Source: an uncultured Sulfuricurvum sp. (lineage in GTDB: Bacteria; Campylobacterota; Campylobacteria; Campylobacterales; Sulfurimonadaceae). From it: 64,000 bases of DNA. How positions within the stretch are numbered: the first letter of the stretch is position 1; each line of letters starts with the position of its first letter. The notes below the pieces were generated by a model. The model did not search any database and had not been told where the DNA came from. It was given only the letters and a program-made list of their open reading frames with translations. A program made the translations under genes and the position numbers. The stretch lies in the NCBI GenBank assembly GCA_964495485.1, contig CAZBVJ010000011.1, positions 11,328 to 75,327 of the forward strand. Reading direction: 5' to 3'. Positions 51,355 to 62,826 of the stretch are shown here, piece after piece.

Positions 51355-52362
51355 ATGATGACAAGCAAACGAATTCTTATTATTCGTAGCGGTGCGCTAG
51401 GAGAGACAATTTTCGCACTGCCGGTTATTGAAGCCTTGCGCCGCCAATATGGTTCCGATATCATCATAGACTGGGTAGGCACACCTGCTGCTGCTGCTCT
51501 TTTCAAGCTCGATAAACGCATTCACCGAATATTCCACCTGCGTCATCGAAAACTCCCCATTTTTTTGAACAACGAAAAACGAGCAATTATCAAGCACTCC
51601 GAAAAACAACCTTACGATTTGTTAATCAATTTAGAATCCGGCCGTGTTTTTTTCTCGTTAGCAGAGAAAATAGCGGCAAAACATAAATTAGGAATGCCTT
51701 ACAACCAAATTCGCCCGCTCCCTTCACCACATGTTATTGATAGTCTAAAAACTATTTATGAAACGGTCATCGAGCCTTCCATACTGGAGAACGCTTATCC
51801 CGTGCTCTATGGTGATCCATCCGAAATGGTTCGTAATATGTTTCAATTACCAGAACACTATATCGTAATCAATCCAAGTACAAGTCATCATAAAAAATTT
51901 ACCCATAGAGCCTGGCCTACAGAACACTGGAAAGAACTTATTGATCGTTTAGCATCGAAATACCATTTGGTTGTCATAGGAGGCCAAGGCGAAGAGGCTT
52001 TTTTCAACCAATTACGTCCGTTTACTTCATCCGTCATCGATTTGGTCGGACAAACAAGTTTAACCCAATTAATAACAGTAATTCAAGAGGCTGATGCGAT
52101 TATTACTGCTGATACAGGGCCATCACACATAGCATCAGCTGTCAATACACGCACATTTGCCTTATTTGGTCCCTCTAATCCCAAAGGGACTGGTCCGTAC
52201 CAAACCCCTGATAATCATGTACATATTATCTCGATGAATTTGGAGTGCAGTCCCTGCAATGCGACTCCCCGTATCAAGGCATGCAGTGATAATCAATGCA
52301 TGAAACAAATAACACCTTTGATAGTTGAAACAACTATTGAGTCTTTTGTCACACAAAAATGA
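51355..52362 (+). CDS. GT9 family glycosyltransferase (heptosyltransferase-like)
   Basis: ILIIRSGALGE, RAWP.EHW, DLVGQTSL, DTGPSHIASA, ALFGPS. Confidence 0.9.
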   Translation: MMTSKRILIIRSGALGETIFALPVIEALRRQYGSDIIIDWVGTPAAAALFKLDKRIHRIFHLRHRKLPIFLNNEKRAIIKHSEKQPYDLLINLESGRVFFSLAEKIAAKHKLGMPYNQIRPLPSPHVIDSLKTIYETVIEPSILENAYPVLYGDPSEMVRNMFQLPEHYIVINPSTSHHKKFTHRAWPTEHWKELIDRLASKYHLVVIGGQGEEAFFNQLRPFTSSVIDLVGQTSLTQLITVIQEADAIITADTGPSHIASAVNTRTFALFGPSNPKGTGPYQTPDNHVHIISMNLECSPCNATPRIKACSDNQCMKQITPLIVETTIESFVTQK

Positions 52363-52405
52363 TAGAAATTTCCGACTATAAAGGGAAGTAGGCTATAATA
52401 TCATT

Positions 52406-53251
52406 ATGATTAAACCGCACAAAATATCCCTTATCATAGCCGTTTATAAAAACGTTGAAGCACTCAAAATTTTGCTCGATGCCCTATGCAATCAAACACT
52501 ATTGCCGGATGAAGTTATTATTGCAGAAGACGGCGAATATGAAGGTATGCGAACATTTCTGGAATCCCAAACGTTCCCGGGCCTGATTCATCTGACGCAG
52601 GAAGATACTGGCTGGCGTAAAGCTCGTTCTCTTAACAATGCTATCAAAAAAGCATCAGGTGACTATCTGATCATAATTGACGGCGACTGTATTCCGCATC
52701 CCCGTTTTATTGAAGGGCATATTGCATGCAGTGAACCTGGTAAAGTATGCTGCGGGAAACGTTCCGAACTGGGTGAGAAATATACGAAAATGATCTATGA
52801 TGGAAGCGTTTCGATTCAAAATCTCACTAAAAATTATCTCTTTAATGCCGTTTCTCATCACCGTGACGGTACCCGTCACTATGAAGAAGGGATATACATC
52901 CCCTACACGGGCTGGTTTTACCGTTTTCTCAAACAACGGCATGTACGCTATATCATCGGGTGCAACTATTCTTGCTATAAGCAAGACATGGTAGCTATTA
53001 ACGGTCTCGATGAAGACTACTCAAAACCATCTGTAGGCGAAGATATTGATTTGGGATGGCGTTTTAGAGGCCTTGGTATTGAATTGAAATCATGCAGAAA
53101 TGCTGCAAATGTTTACCATCTATACCATAAGAAAAATTTCAATTCGGATACACTGCGTGAAAACGATGCCATTTTAAAACGCAATTTCGACGTACAACGC
53201 TATGTCTGCCGAAACGGCCTTGAAAAATCAACCGATGAAAGGGATTCATGA
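52406..53251 (+). CDS. GT2 family glycosyltransferase
   Basis: SLIIAVY, IAEDG, IIDGDC, GEDIDL. Confidence 0.88.
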   Translation: MIKPHKISLIIAVYKNVEALKILLDALCNQTLLPDEVIIAEDGEYEGMRTFLESQTFPGLIHLTQEDTGWRKARSLNNAIKKASGDYLIIIDGDCIPHPRFIEGHIACSEPGKVCCGKRSELGEKYTKMIYDGSVSIQNLTKNYLFNAVSHHRDGTRHYEEGIYIPYTGWFYRFLKQRHVRYIIGCNYSCYKQDMVAINGLDEDYSKPSVGEDIDLGWRFRGLGIELKSCRNAANVYHLYHKKNFNSDTLRENDAILKRNFDVQRYVCRNGLEKSTDERDS

Positions 53252-54135
53252 AAGGGATTATTTTAGCCGGTGGAAGCGGCACGCGACTTTACCCGATTAC
53301 AAAAGGGGTTAGCAAACAACTTGTCCCCATCTACGATAAGCCAATGATATACTACCCCCTCTCCGTTTTAATGCTTGCCGGTATTCGTGAGGTGCTTATC
53401 ATCTCTACTCCTACCGATCTTCCCCGTTTTGAGGAGCTTCTTGGGGACGGTTCTGATATCGGTATGCATTTCGAATATTGTGTTCAGCCTTCCCCAGACG
53501 GATTGGCGCAAGCCTTTATCCTCGGTGCTGATTTCATAGGATCGGATGATGTGTGTCTGGTACTCGGAGACAACATCTTCTACGGACATGGTCTGACCCA
53601 AATGCTTGCTCAATCGGTGCGCAATGTCACGAAAGAGAATAAAGCAACCGTATTTGGGTATTGGGTAAAAGATCCTGAACGTTACGGAGTAGCAGAGTTT
53701 GATGCACAGGGCAATGTCCTCTCGATTGAAGAGAAACCTGCCCAACCAAAAAGCTCGTATGCCGTAGTAGGTCTTTATTTTTATCCTAACAGTGTCGTGG
53801 GTATTGCTAAAAACGTCAAACCCTCCGATCGAGGCGAATTAGAGATCACCACTGTCAATCAAACCTATCTCGCACAAAATGCACTGAAAGTAGAACTCAT
53901 GGGGCGGGGATATGCATGGCTTGATACCGGTACCCATGAAAGTTTATTGGAAGCGAGTATGTTTATCCAAACCATTGAAAACCGACAAGGGCTCAAAGTT
54001 GCCTGTATCGAAGAGATAGCTTTTGAGATGGGATACATTTCCAAAGAGAAACTATTGGAACTCGCTCAACCTTTGAGTAAAAACCAATACGGTCAATACT
54101 TAATCCGCAGAGCACATGAAGGGAAAGCGCGCTAA
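53248..54135 (+). CDS. rfbA: Glucose-1-phosphate thymidylyltransferase
   Basis: [35 protein letters not shown]. Confidence 0.97.
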   Translation: MKGIILAGGSGTRLYPITKGVSKQLVPIYDKPMIYYPLSVLMLAGIREVLIISTPTDLPRFEELLGDGSDIGMHFEYCVQPSPDGLAQAFILGADFIGSDDVCLVLGDNIFYGHGLTQMLAQSVRNVTKENKATVFGYWVKDPERYGVAEFDAQGNVLSIEEKPAQPKSSYAVVGLYFYPNSVVGIAKNVKPSDRGELEITTVNQTYLAQNALKVELMGRGYAWLDTGTHESLLEASMFIQTIENRQGLKVACIEEIAFEMGYISKEKLLELAQPLSKNQYGQYLIRRAHEGKAR

Positions 54136-54707
54136 TGACGTTTACCCGTACCGATATCTCCGATGTCATCATCATCGATCCGGTCGTTCATGGAGATGAA
54201 CGAGGTTATTTTGTCGAAACGTTCCGTCATGACAAGCTCGAAGCGTTTGTGGGATTTACCATCCCTTTTTGTCAAGATAATGAGTCCAAAAGTTCATATG
54301 GGGTTCTACGCGGTTTGCACTATCAGCTTCCTCCTCATGCCCAAACCAAACTGGTTCGGGTCATTGAGGGTGAAGTGTTAGATGTAGCCGTTGATATCAG
54401 AGCAGGTTCCCCAACGTTCGGTCACCATGTAGCCATCAAACTCTCTGCTGAGAATAAACGTCAGCTTCTTATCCCCAGAGGATTTGCTCACGGATTTGTG
54501 GTTCTCTCTGAAACCTGTACTTTTGCCTACAAAGTGGACAACTATTACAGCCCTGAGTGTGATCGGGGAATTGCATTTGATGATCCCGCTTTAAAGATTG
54601 ATTGGATAGTACAGAAAGAGAAACTACAGCTCTCCGCCAAAGATACCAAACAACCGATTTTAAGCAATGCTGATTTGTTTGAGTATGGAGTCAACCTCTA
54701 TGTATAA
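54135..54707 (+). CDS. rfbC: dTDP-4-dehydrorhamnose 3,5-epimerase
   Basis: DERGYF.E, QDNES, LRGLHYQ, GFAHGF. Confidence 0.97.
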   Translation: MTFTRTDISDVIIIDPVVHGDERGYFVETFRHDKLEAFVGFTIPFCQDNESKSSYGVLRGLHYQLPPHAQTKLVRVIEGEVLDVAVDIRAGSPTFGHHVAIKLSAENKRQLLIPRGFAHGFVVLSETCTFAYKVDNYYSPECDRGIAFDDPALKIDWIVQKEKLQLSAKDTKQPILSNADLFEYGVNLYV

Positions 54708-55575
54708 CATACTGGTAACGGGAGCCAACGGTCAACTGGGTAGCGAACTCCGTCATCTCATTGCTACTCAATCGCTATCCGCTTATCACTTCTATTTCGT
54801 GACGAGAAATGAATTCGATCTCTCCAATCTCTCTACAATGGAAGATTTTTTCGAGGGGAAATGCTTTAATGCGATTATCAACTGTGCTGCCTATACCGCC
54901 GTGGACAAAGCTGAATCTGAAAATGACCTCGCCGATGCGATCAACCATCGATTTGTATCGATGCTCGCCAAAATGGCTAAACGGGATAATAGCGCGCTGA
55001 TTCACGTTTCAACCGATTATGTATATGATGGCAAAAATCACCGTCCTTATATCGAGAGTGATCCGACCGATCCGCAAGGAGTCTATGGACGCACTAAACG
55101 TGACGGAGAAAATGCTATTCTCGAAGTTTCTCCTGCAAATACTATCATTATCCGCACCTCATGGGTCTATTCCTCGTACGGTAATAACTTTGTAAAAACG
55201 ATGCTCCGTTTGGGCAAAGAGCGAGAAAGCCTCGGTGTTATCTTTGATCAGGTAGGAACTCCAACCTATGCACGAGATTTAGCCCAAACGATCTTGGAAA
55301 TTCTTCCTCTGATCCGTAATGAAAAACCTGAAATCTACCATTACTCCAATGAGGGAGCTGCAAGCTGGTACGACTTTGCCAAAGCGATTTTTGAACATAG
55401 CGGTATAGAATGCAATATCAATCCGATCACCACTGATCAATACCCTACACCAGCATCTCGTCCCCATTACAGTTTGCTCAATAAAGCCAAGATCAAAAAT
55501 GATTTTAACCTCTCGATACCTTACTGGCGTGATAGCCTCAAAGCATGTTTAGAACAATTAGGAGAAATGAAATGA
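54700..55575 (+). CDS. rfbD: dTDP-4-dehydrorhamnose reductase
   Basis: TGANGQLG, NCAAYTAVDKAE, STDYV, YGRTK. Start ATG 54700. Confidence 0.96.
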   Translation: MYNILVTGANGQLGSELRHLIATQSLSAYHFYFVTRNEFDLSNLSTMEDFFEGKCFNAIINCAAYTAVDKAESENDLADAINHRFVSMLAKMAKRDNSALIHVSTDYVYDGKNHRPYIESDPTDPQGVYGRTKRDGENAILEVSPANTIIIRTSWVYSSYGNNFVKTMLRLGKERESLGVIFDQVGTPTYARDLAQTILEILPLIRNEKPEIYHYSNEGAASWYDFAKAIFEHSGIECNINPITTDQYPTPASRPHYSLLNKAKIKNDFNLSIPYWRDSLKACLEQLGEMK

Positions 55576-56594
55576 AAACCATTTTAGTCACGGGATGCGC
55601 CGGATTTATCGGAAGCAATTTTGTCCCTTATTTTTTAGCCAAATATCCCGATACCCGTCTTATCAATCTCGATCTTTTAACCTATGCAGGGGATATGAAT
55701 AATCTCTCCGATGCACCGCAAAATGATCGTCATATCTTCGTCCAAGGGGATATCTGTGATCGTCCTCTTATCGAATCTCTTTTTGAAAAATATGATATCC
55801 GTGGTGTTATCCATTTTGCCGCAGAATCTCACGTCGACAACTCTATTAAAAATCCCGGTGTCTTTGTCCAAACGAATGTCAACGGTACTTTTACCCTTAT
55901 CGACGTTGCCTACAAAACGTGGATGGAAAAACCGTTTGTTTATAAAGCGGGATTTGAGGGGTGCCGTTTCCACCACATAAGTACCGATGAAGTGTACGGA
56001 ACCCTCACTGATGATCCGAATGATCTCTTTAGCGAATCGACCCCTTATGCTCCTAACTCGCCATATAGTGCGAGTAAAGCGGGATCGGATATGATCGTAC
56101 GTTCCTATCACCACACCTATGGGATGAATACCGTCATAACCAACTGCTCGAATAACTACGGACCGAAACAGCATAATGAAAAACTAATCCCGACCGTTAT
56201 CCGCAAAGCGCTTTCCGGAGAGAATATTCCCGTTTACGGTGATGGCAAAAACATCCGTGACTGGCTCTATGTGCTTGATCACTGCAAGGGGATTGATCTC
56301 GTCTATCACACCGGACGAAGCGGAGAGGTGTACAACATAGGCGGACGCAACGAGCGCAACAACAACCAAATTGTTGATCGTATCTGTACATTGCTTGACA
56401 CTATGAAACCGCGCGATGATAAGAAAAGCTATAAAGAGCTCATCACTTATGTCGAAGACCGTGCCGGACATGATCGACGTTATGCCATCGATGCCACCAA
56501 ACTCGAAACCGAACTGGGATGGAAAGCCGAAGAGACATTTGATACCGGGATTGTGAAAACGATCGAATGGTATTTAGGGAAGTACTGCGGATGA
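55572..56594 (+). CDS. rfbB: dTDP-glucose 4,6-dehydratase
   Basis: TGCAGFIGSNF, HFAAESHVD, STDEVYG, YSASKA. Start ATG 55572. Confidence 0.97.
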   Translation: MKTILVTGCAGFIGSNFVPYFLAKYPDTRLINLDLLTYAGDMNNLSDAPQNDRHIFVQGDICDRPLIESLFEKYDIRGVIHFAAESHVDNSIKNPGVFVQTNVNGTFTLIDVAYKTWMEKPFVYKAGFEGCRFHHISTDEVYGTLTDDPNDLFSESTPYAPNSPYSASKAGSDMIVRSYHHTYGMNTVITNCSNNYGPKQHNEKLIPTVIRKALSGENIPVYGDGKNIRDWLYVLDHCKGIDLVYHTGRSGEVYNIGGRNERNNNQIVDRICTLLDTMKPRDDKKSYKELITYVEDRAGHDRRYAIDATKLETELGWKAEETFDTGIVKTIEWYLGKYCG

Positions 56595-57379
56595 TTCCGA
56601 TCAATGTCAAGAGCATTGAAACATCCAAACTCTTTTCCGTATGTACACTTGTCACGAATATCAAAGAATACGAAGAAATGGTTGCTTCCTTCCATAAAGC
56701 AGGTTTTACGGATGAAAATTCGGAGTTTCTCTACGCCGACAACACGGCCAGAAACGAATACGACGGTTTTACCGGTGCACGTGCTTTTTTAACCAAATCA
56801 ACTGCACAATACGTAATTATTTGCCATCAGGACATTCTACTCTCCTACGATGGCTTCGAACGTCTAAGTGCTTGCGTGGAGGAGCTTGAAAAAACGGATC
56901 CGCATTGGGCGATAGCCGGCAACGCCGGATACGTTGATTCGAACCGCAAAGCGATCCGTATCAGCGATCCGTACGGAATGGATGTTGCCAAAGGTCCGTT
57001 CCCGGCAAAAGTCCGCAGTCTGGACGAGAACTTTCTGATTGTCAAAAGATCAAGCGGGCTGACCCCTTCGCACGATTTACGGGGTTTCCATTTCTACGCG
57101 ACCGACTTATGTTTGATCGCCGATATTCTGGGATACAACGCATACGTCATCGATTTTCATCTCTACCACAAAAGCGGCGGAAATTGCGATGAGAGTTTTT
57201 TCAGCGCCAAACAAAGACTGATTGACAAATACCGCCGTATTTTGCAAAGCCGTTTTGTCAGAACCACCTGCACACCCCTTTATTTGTCCGGGTGTTCTTT
57301 TCTCAATGCCCTGTTTAACCGAAAACTGATGTACAGCCTCAAAAAACGGATCGATTTTATCCATGCCAAACTCTCATAA
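56591..57379 (+). CDS. Glycosyltransferase-like protein (GT-A fold)
   Basis: FSVCTLV, ICHQD, GFHFYATDLC; within the LPS cluster. Confidence 0.65.
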   Translation: MIPINVKSIETSKLFSVCTLVTNIKEYEEMVASFHKAGFTDENSEFLYADNTARNEYDGFTGARAFLTKSTAQYVIICHQDILLSYDGFERLSACVEELEKTDPHWAIAGNAGYVDSNRKAIRISDPYGMDVAKGPFPAKVRSLDENFLIVKRSSGLTPSHDLRGFHFYATDLCLIADILGYNAYVIDFHLYHKSGGNCDESFFSAKQRLIDKYRRILQSRFVRTTCTPLYLSGCSFLNALFNRKLMYSLKKRIDFIHAKLS

Positions 57380-58328
57380 TCCGAATATTTCGATTGTAAT
57401 TGCAACCTACAACGGAGCAAAGTATCTTCCGGAACAACTCGATTCCATCGCGGCCCAAACGATGCCGGCGTACGAAATCATCATTCAGGACGACTGTTCC
57501 GAGGATGAAACGGTGGCGATTATCCAGAGCTATAGCTCAAAGCTGCCAATCAAATTGTTTCAAAATCCTCAAAATCTGGGGTATATACGGAATTTTGAAT
57601 CCGCCCTCTCCAAAGCACAGGGAGAATTTATCGCTCTGTGCGACCAGGACGATGTATGGAAACCCGAAAAGCTTGAGTGGCTTATGCAAACCATCGGGAC
57701 AAAATCACTCGCATACGCCGATTCGATGCTGATCGATTCAGACGGCAACCCGATAGGAAAAACCCTTTCTAAAAAGCTCCGCAACCGTTTTATCGAAGCT
57801 CCCTCACCGCTATGTTTTGTGTATGACAACTGCGTATCTGCACATGCGATCCTTTTGCGCCGTTCCCTTCTGGAGCACCTTTTCCCTTTTCCGAGATACC
57901 TTTATTTCGATGCGTGGATCGCGGCATGTGCTGCGTCGCATAAAGGGATAGGATATATTGACGAACCGTTGGTCGGATATCGTCAACATGCCTCGAATAC
58001 CCTGAGTATTCACCACAAGTCCAAACGCTCTTTTCTGGAAAAAATGTTTTCCAAAGTAGCCAAAAAACGTGAAGAGCATGTATCAAGGGCAGCAATCATC
58101 GGCGACCTCTTGCGTATTATGGAGCTTGACGAAACACAGCGGAACGTATTGATTCGATTGCAGCAGGCTCATGCTTCCTTTGACTCCCGATGGTTCAATC
58201 TAGGCATGTTTTTTCTCCTTGTACAATACCGCTCGTTGCTGTTTGCGATCACCCGCCGCAACTCTTTTGCTTTAGCGTTCAAAAAATCGATCGGATTGAA
58301 GCTGTACCGCTTCTTACCCTTCCTCTAA
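57363..58328 (+). CDS. GT2 glycosyltransferase (rhamnosyltransferase-like)
   Basis: ATYNGAKYL.EQL.SI, DDCSED, CDQDDVW, YRQH. Confidence 0.9.
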   Translation: MPNSHNPNISIVIATYNGAKYLPEQLDSIAAQTMPAYEIIIQDDCSEDETVAIIQSYSSKLPIKLFQNPQNLGYIRNFESALSKAQGEFIALCDQDDVWKPEKLEWLMQTIGTKSLAYADSMLIDSDGNPIGKTLSKKLRNRFIEAPSPLCFVYDNCVSAHAILLRRSLLEHLFPFPRYLYFDAWIAACAASHKGIGYIDEPLVGYRQHASNTLSIHHKSKRSFLEKMFSKVAKKREEHVSRAAIIGDLLRIMELDETQRNVLIRLQQAHASFDSRWFNLGMFFLLVQYRSLLFAITRRNSFALAFKKSIGLKLYRFLPFL

Positions 58329-58337
58329 AGGTTCCGG

Positions 58338-59252
58338 ATGCTTGTCTCCATTATCACGATCAACTACAATTCCGCCGAACATACCCGCCATATGGTCGAG
58401 TCGATCCGCGAGGCTGTGTCGGACACGTTCGAATATGAAATCATTGTCGTCGATAACGCCTCCGAAAAGGAGGATTTCGACCACCTACAAACGATCGCAT
58501 CCCACCCTCGCGTTCGCATCGTTCCCAGCCGCTTTAACGGTGGATTTGCGATGGGCAACATGCTCGGGGTACAGCACGCACAGGGACGGTATTATCTCTT
58601 TTTAAATAACGATACCCTGTTGCAAAACGATATCCTGAGCACCTTTTTTGCCTACGCCGAAAATCATCCCGACGCAGGCCTACTCAGCGCTCAGCTTTAT
58701 GATGAAAATGGCAGACGCAGCACCTCTTTCAAAACATTCCCGTCTCTTTCCAAACAGCTGCTGGGTTCAGGATTCGCGCGGTTCATCGGCGCCAACCGTT
58801 TTCCCGGAAACAAAACCGTCCTAACCAATCCCACCGAAGTCGGAGTCGTAAGCGGCTCCTGCATGTTTTTCCGTCGGGAGCTTTTCGATCGTATTGGCGG
58901 GTTTGATACGGCTTTTTTCCTCTATTGCGAAGAAGAAGATATTTCCAAACGGGTATGGGATGCAGGATCACAAGTTATTTCGCTCCCAAATGCCAAAATT
59001 ACCCATATCGCCGGTGCCAGTACGGGACGTAATCTTGCAATAGAAAAAGAGTTTTATATTTCTTACACTCTTTTGCTCAACAAACATTTCCCCTTTTGGC
59101 AATCTTCCCTAATGAAATTTTTGCAGATATTCAAACTTCTGCGCCGTTCATTACGGTCTACCGATAATCTTAGATTGTTGATTTTTATGCTTAGAGGGGC
59201 TCCGATGAAGGAGAGTTTGCGATATCGGCAATCCCTGAAGGAAAACCGATGA
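58338..59252 (+). CDS. GT2 glycosyltransferase (WbbL-like)
   Basis: IVVDNAS, N.GFA.GN, FLNND, GGFD..FFLY.EE.D. Confidence 0.9.
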   Translation: MLVSIITINYNSAEHTRHMVESIREAVSDTFEYEIIVVDNASEKEDFDHLQTIASHPRVRIVPSRFNGGFAMGNMLGVQHAQGRYYLFLNNDTLLQNDILSTFFAYAENHPDAGLLSAQLYDENGRRSTSFKTFPSLSKQLLGSGFARFIGANRFPGNKTVLTNPTEVGVVSGSCMFFRRELFDRIGGFDTAFFLYCEEEDISKRVWDAGSQVISLPNAKITHIAGASTGRNLAIEKEFYISYTLLLNKHFPFWQSSLMKFLQIFKLLRRSLRSTDNLRLLIFMLRGAPMKESLRYRQSLKENR

Positions 59253-60298
59253 TTCCTACGATACCGATTTCTCCGCGAAAATGGACGTTGATAGCCGTTG
59301 TCTTCATCGCCGTCATATTAAGTACCGTTTACAGTTTTAATACACTCATCGATCCCTTCGGAAGCCGGTCTTGGGTTGTTGAGCAACGTTTCAAACCCAT
59401 TGTAAAAGAACGGAGTGAAAAATACCATTATATTTTCAACCAGCAAAATATTCAAAAATTCGATTCTCTGATTATGGGCAGTTCACGTACGATGAAAATC
59501 GTTCCCTCCAACCATCCCCAAATGCAAAAGTGCTATAACTTTGCCGTCAGCATGGCATCCAATCGCGAAAAACTCTTTATTCTGAATGAATGGCTTCAAT
59601 ATAAAAAACCTCATACACTTTACCTCGGAGTTGATTTTCTAAATTTTCACCGCGATGTCGAGCACCCCGATCAACCGGTTGAAGCGCGTTTCATTCAAGG
59701 AAACGAAGGCAATTATCTCTCACACTACGCTCTTAAAATGGCGATTAAATCATTAAAAAATTCCATTCGCAACAAACCGGAAACGTTTTTCGAATCCGAC
59801 GGCTCCATCAATTATTACAGTGACGATCAAAAAATAGCCGCCAAACAATTCGATTTTTCCGCACAGCGGTATCAGAATATTGCCCGTTCAATTTATAAAG
59901 AACGGTTCATTGACCTTCCGTACGTATATACCCCAAAATCACTTGAATACCTGCGCGAAATAAAACACCTGTGCGATGTACATCATATCCGACTGATCGT
60001 ATTCATCCCTCCCGAACAATTGGAAGCAACAAAAATGATCATCAACAATCCGCAACTTAATCAATTTTATCAGCGCTACAAACGCGATATCGTCGCTTTA
60101 TTCGGCACAGTGTACGATTTCAGCGGCGGTTGGGAAGAAAACAAAGATCAGCGAAACTTTTATGATGTGTGGCACTATCGAAGTGTTCTCGGAGACAAAA
60201 TGGTGAGAAAATTCTACGGGGAAAACACTTTCGGAACCGTTCTGACGGAAGAAAACATTGATTCTTATCTGATACATTTCCACGAAAATATCCGGTAA
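59249..60298 (+). CDS. Membrane-anchored SGNH-like putative acyltransferase partner of an MBOAT
   Basis: N-terminal TM, IDPFG, GSSR, YNFAV, D..H (FYDVWHY); precedes an MBOAT gene. Confidence 0.6.
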   Translation: MIPTIPISPRKWTLIAVVFIAVILSTVYSFNTLIDPFGSRSWVVEQRFKPIVKERSEKYHYIFNQQNIQKFDSLIMGSSRTMKIVPSNHPQMQKCYNFAVSMASNREKLFILNEWLQYKKPHTLYLGVDFLNFHRDVEHPDQPVEARFIQGNEGNYLSHYALKMAIKSLKNSIRNKPETFFESDGSINYYSDDQKIAAKQFDFSAQRYQNIARSIYKERFIDLPYVYTPKSLEYLREIKHLCDVHHIRLIVFIPPEQLEATKMIINNPQLNQFYQRYKRDIVALFGTVYDFSGGWEENKDQRNFYDVWHYRSVLGDKMVRKFYGENTFGTVLTEENIDSYLIHFHENIR

Positions 60299-60305
60299 AA
60301 CTACG

Positions 60306-61775
60306 ATGTTATTCAACAGCTACGAGTTTATCTTTTTATTTTTGCCAATCACTTTTTTCGTCTATTTCTGGCTAAACAACAAACGTCTTACTCAGGCTTC
60401 GAAAGCGTGGATGGTATTTGCCTCCCTCTTCTTTTATTCGTGGTGGAACATTATCTATCTGCCGCTGATTCTCGGCTCGATCCTTTTTAACTTTGCCGTC
60501 GGCTCCACGATCACCAAGATGGGTTCTGCCGAATCTCCTAAAAAAGGGTTCTCTCGTAAAGCGGTGCTGGCCTTTGGTATCGTCTCCAACATCGCGTTGT
60601 TGGCCTATTACAAATACATGGACTTCTTCATTTCCAATGCCAACACCGTTCTAGGTACGCAGTGGGATCTGATGCACGTCGTCCTTCCTCTTGGTATCAG
60701 CTTCTTTACCTTTACCCAAATCGCTTATCTCGTTGATGCTTATCGTGATGAAGTCAAAGAGATGGATTATCTCAACTATACCCTCTTTGTCACGTTCTTT
60801 CCTCACCTCTTAGCAGGACCGATTCTGCACCACAAGGAGATGATGCCTCAGTTCGATTCGCTCAAGAGCAAGGTGATTAATTATCGCAATATCGCCGCAG
60901 GATTATTCCTCTTTTCAATCGGTATTTTCAAGAAAGTCGTCATCGCCGATACATTCGCTCAGTGGGCCAATGCCGGTTTTGAAACCACCCAGGCACTCAA
61001 CCTAATCGAAGCATGGGCCACCAGCCTTAGCTATACGTTCCAGCTTTATTTCGATTTCAGCGGCTATACCGATATGGCGCTGGGTGTTGCGCTGATGTTC
61101 AATATCAAGCTCCCCATCAATTTCAACAGCCCTTATAAAGCGCTCAATATCCAAGACTTCTGGAGACGTTGGCACATCACCCTCTCCCGTTTCCTGAGAG
61201 ACTACATCTATATTCCCCTCGGAGGTAACCGTAACGGTGAATTCCGAACCTACTCTAATCTCTTTACCGTCTTTCTCATCGGTGGACTTTGGCACGGTGC
61301 ATCATGGATGTTTGTCATCTGGGGAGCATTGCATGGCTTCGCCATCGTCCTCCATCGTGCATGGCAGCAAATGGGCCAAAAAATGAACACTATTCTCGCA
61401 TGGTTCATTACGTTCAATTTCATCAACATCACCTGGATCTTCTTCCGTGCAGAAAATTGGACTCAAGCCAAAAATATCCTCGCTGGTATGATCGGGGGCT
61501 CTCTCGTTTTGCCGCTAGGAAGCTTTTTAGAGCACTACGATCATTTGGGATTCATCTCCTTCAGCGACAGCTGGCTGGCTAATATCTATGCAGACAAATA
61601 TATGCTATGGTATCTAGGATTCGCGATGGGAATCACCTTCTTTCTACACAACTCCAGCGAATGGCTCCAGAAGATGAAACCCAATGGTATTTTTCTCATC
61701 GTTTTTATTCTCATGTTTGTAATCTCATTTTCTCATCTAAGTGGTGTGCATGAATTTCTATACTTCAATTTTTAA
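60306..61775 (+). CDS. MBOAT O-acyltransferase (AlgI/PatA/DltB-like)
   Basis: LPLGISFFTF, FFPHLLAGPI, YFDFSGY.DMA, FWRRWHITLS, GLWHGA, EFLYFNF. Confidence 0.95.
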   Translation: MLFNSYEFIFLFLPITFFVYFWLNNKRLTQASKAWMVFASLFFYSWWNIIYLPLILGSILFNFAVGSTITKMGSAESPKKGFSRKAVLAFGIVSNIALLAYYKYMDFFISNANTVLGTQWDLMHVVLPLGISFFTFTQIAYLVDAYRDEVKEMDYLNYTLFVTFFPHLLAGPILHHKEMMPQFDSLKSKVINYRNIAAGLFLFSIGIFKKVVIADTFAQWANAGFETTQALNLIEAWATSLSYTFQLYFDFSGYTDMALGVALMFNIKLPINFNSPYKALNIQDFWRRWHITLSRFLRDYIYIPLGGNRNGEFRTYSNLFTVFLIGGLWHGASWMFVIWGALHGFAIVLHRAWQQMGQKMNTILAWFITFNFINITWIFFRAENWTQAKNILAGMIGGSLVLPLGSFLEHYDHLGFISFSDSWLANIYADKYMLWYLGFAMGITFFLHNSSEWLQKMKPNGIFLIVFILMFVISFSHLSGVHEFLYFNF

Positions 61776-62778
61776 CTTACAATCTCCGAAAATCTGGGTT
61801 TGCAAAGGAATCACCGGTATTCTCCTACTTATCGGGGTCCTCTTTTCCTTTAACTACGTTATTGACCCGTACAATATGACCGGATGGAATCCGCTGAATA
61901 TCAAATATAAATTTGCCCGTGACGATCGGAGCGAAAAACTCAATTATTTTAAAACCCTTCCTGCTTTTGACACAATCATCATCGGAAGCAGTCGGGCATA
62001 CAGCATCAATCCACGTAAAGTTTCCGAACTTATAGGTGGAACAGCATACAATTTCGGCGTAGGCACTGCAACTGTCGAAGATCATCTTGGAATATTGCTT
62101 TACCTTGAAAAACAGAAAAAGTTACCAAAAAATCTGATTATCGGAGTGGATTTTTATACATTTAATCCCAATATTCCACCTAACAGCTATTTTCTACGAA
62201 ACAAAGACCTCAATTTCTTATCGTATGGCGAACAAAACGTTAATGAGTACTGGCCAAAATTTTTTTCCTTTGACGCCACCAGAGCATCAATAAAAACTTT
62301 GAAACATCACCTATTTCCTGATGCAACAGAAAAACCGCGCTTCGATTCTCTAGGATGGGGCCTATTTTACATTAATAATTCTACTCGGAATATGGAACAA
62401 GAAAAGATTATTACTCTTCAGGAAATTCGTCAGAACAAAACAATACTTTATTCAGATTATCAATATAGACATATTGATAAAAAGCGGATTGCCTATTATG
62501 AAAAGATCAGAAAAATATGTAAAAACTATAGTATCAACCTCTATATTTTTACTACTCCATTACACCCTTGGCTCCTGCAAGAATTGCACAATAACACAAA
62601 TACAACTCATGCTTTAAACGAATTTGTAACCTATTTATCGACTTATGAGAATTTCACTAATTTTTATACCGATGTTGAATTCACTTCTGATCTCTATAAT
62701 TTTGGCGGTGCGACTCATACAACAGGGAATGCAGGGGATATCATATTGAAAAAAATCCTTCTCAAACCAAAACCTTAA
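61750..62778 (+). CDS. Second SGNH-like MBOAT partner, paralogue of 59249-60298
   Basis: TM, IDPY, GSSR, YNFGV, IGVDF; C-terminal NFGGATH; start uncertain. Confidence 0.6.
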   Translation: MNFYTSIFNLQSPKIWVCKGITGILLLIGVLFSFNYVIDPYNMTGWNPLNIKYKFARDDRSEKLNYFKTLPAFDTIIIGSSRAYSINPRKVSELIGGTAYNFGVGTATVEDHLGILLYLEKQKKLPKNLIIGVDFYTFNPNIPPNSYFLRNKDLNFLSYGEQNVNEYWPKFFSFDATRASIKTLKHHLFPDATEKPRFDSLGWGLFYINNSTRNMEQEKIITLQEIRQNKTILYSDYQYRHIDKKRIAYYEKIRKICKNYSINLYIFTTPLHPWLLQELHNNTNTTHALNEFVTYLSTYENFTNFYTDVEFTSDLYNFGGATHTTGNAGDIILKKILLKPKP

Positions 62779-62826
62779 TGATAATTTGCTAAACTTCCAT
62801 ATAATGTATATATCTCAAGGATTGCG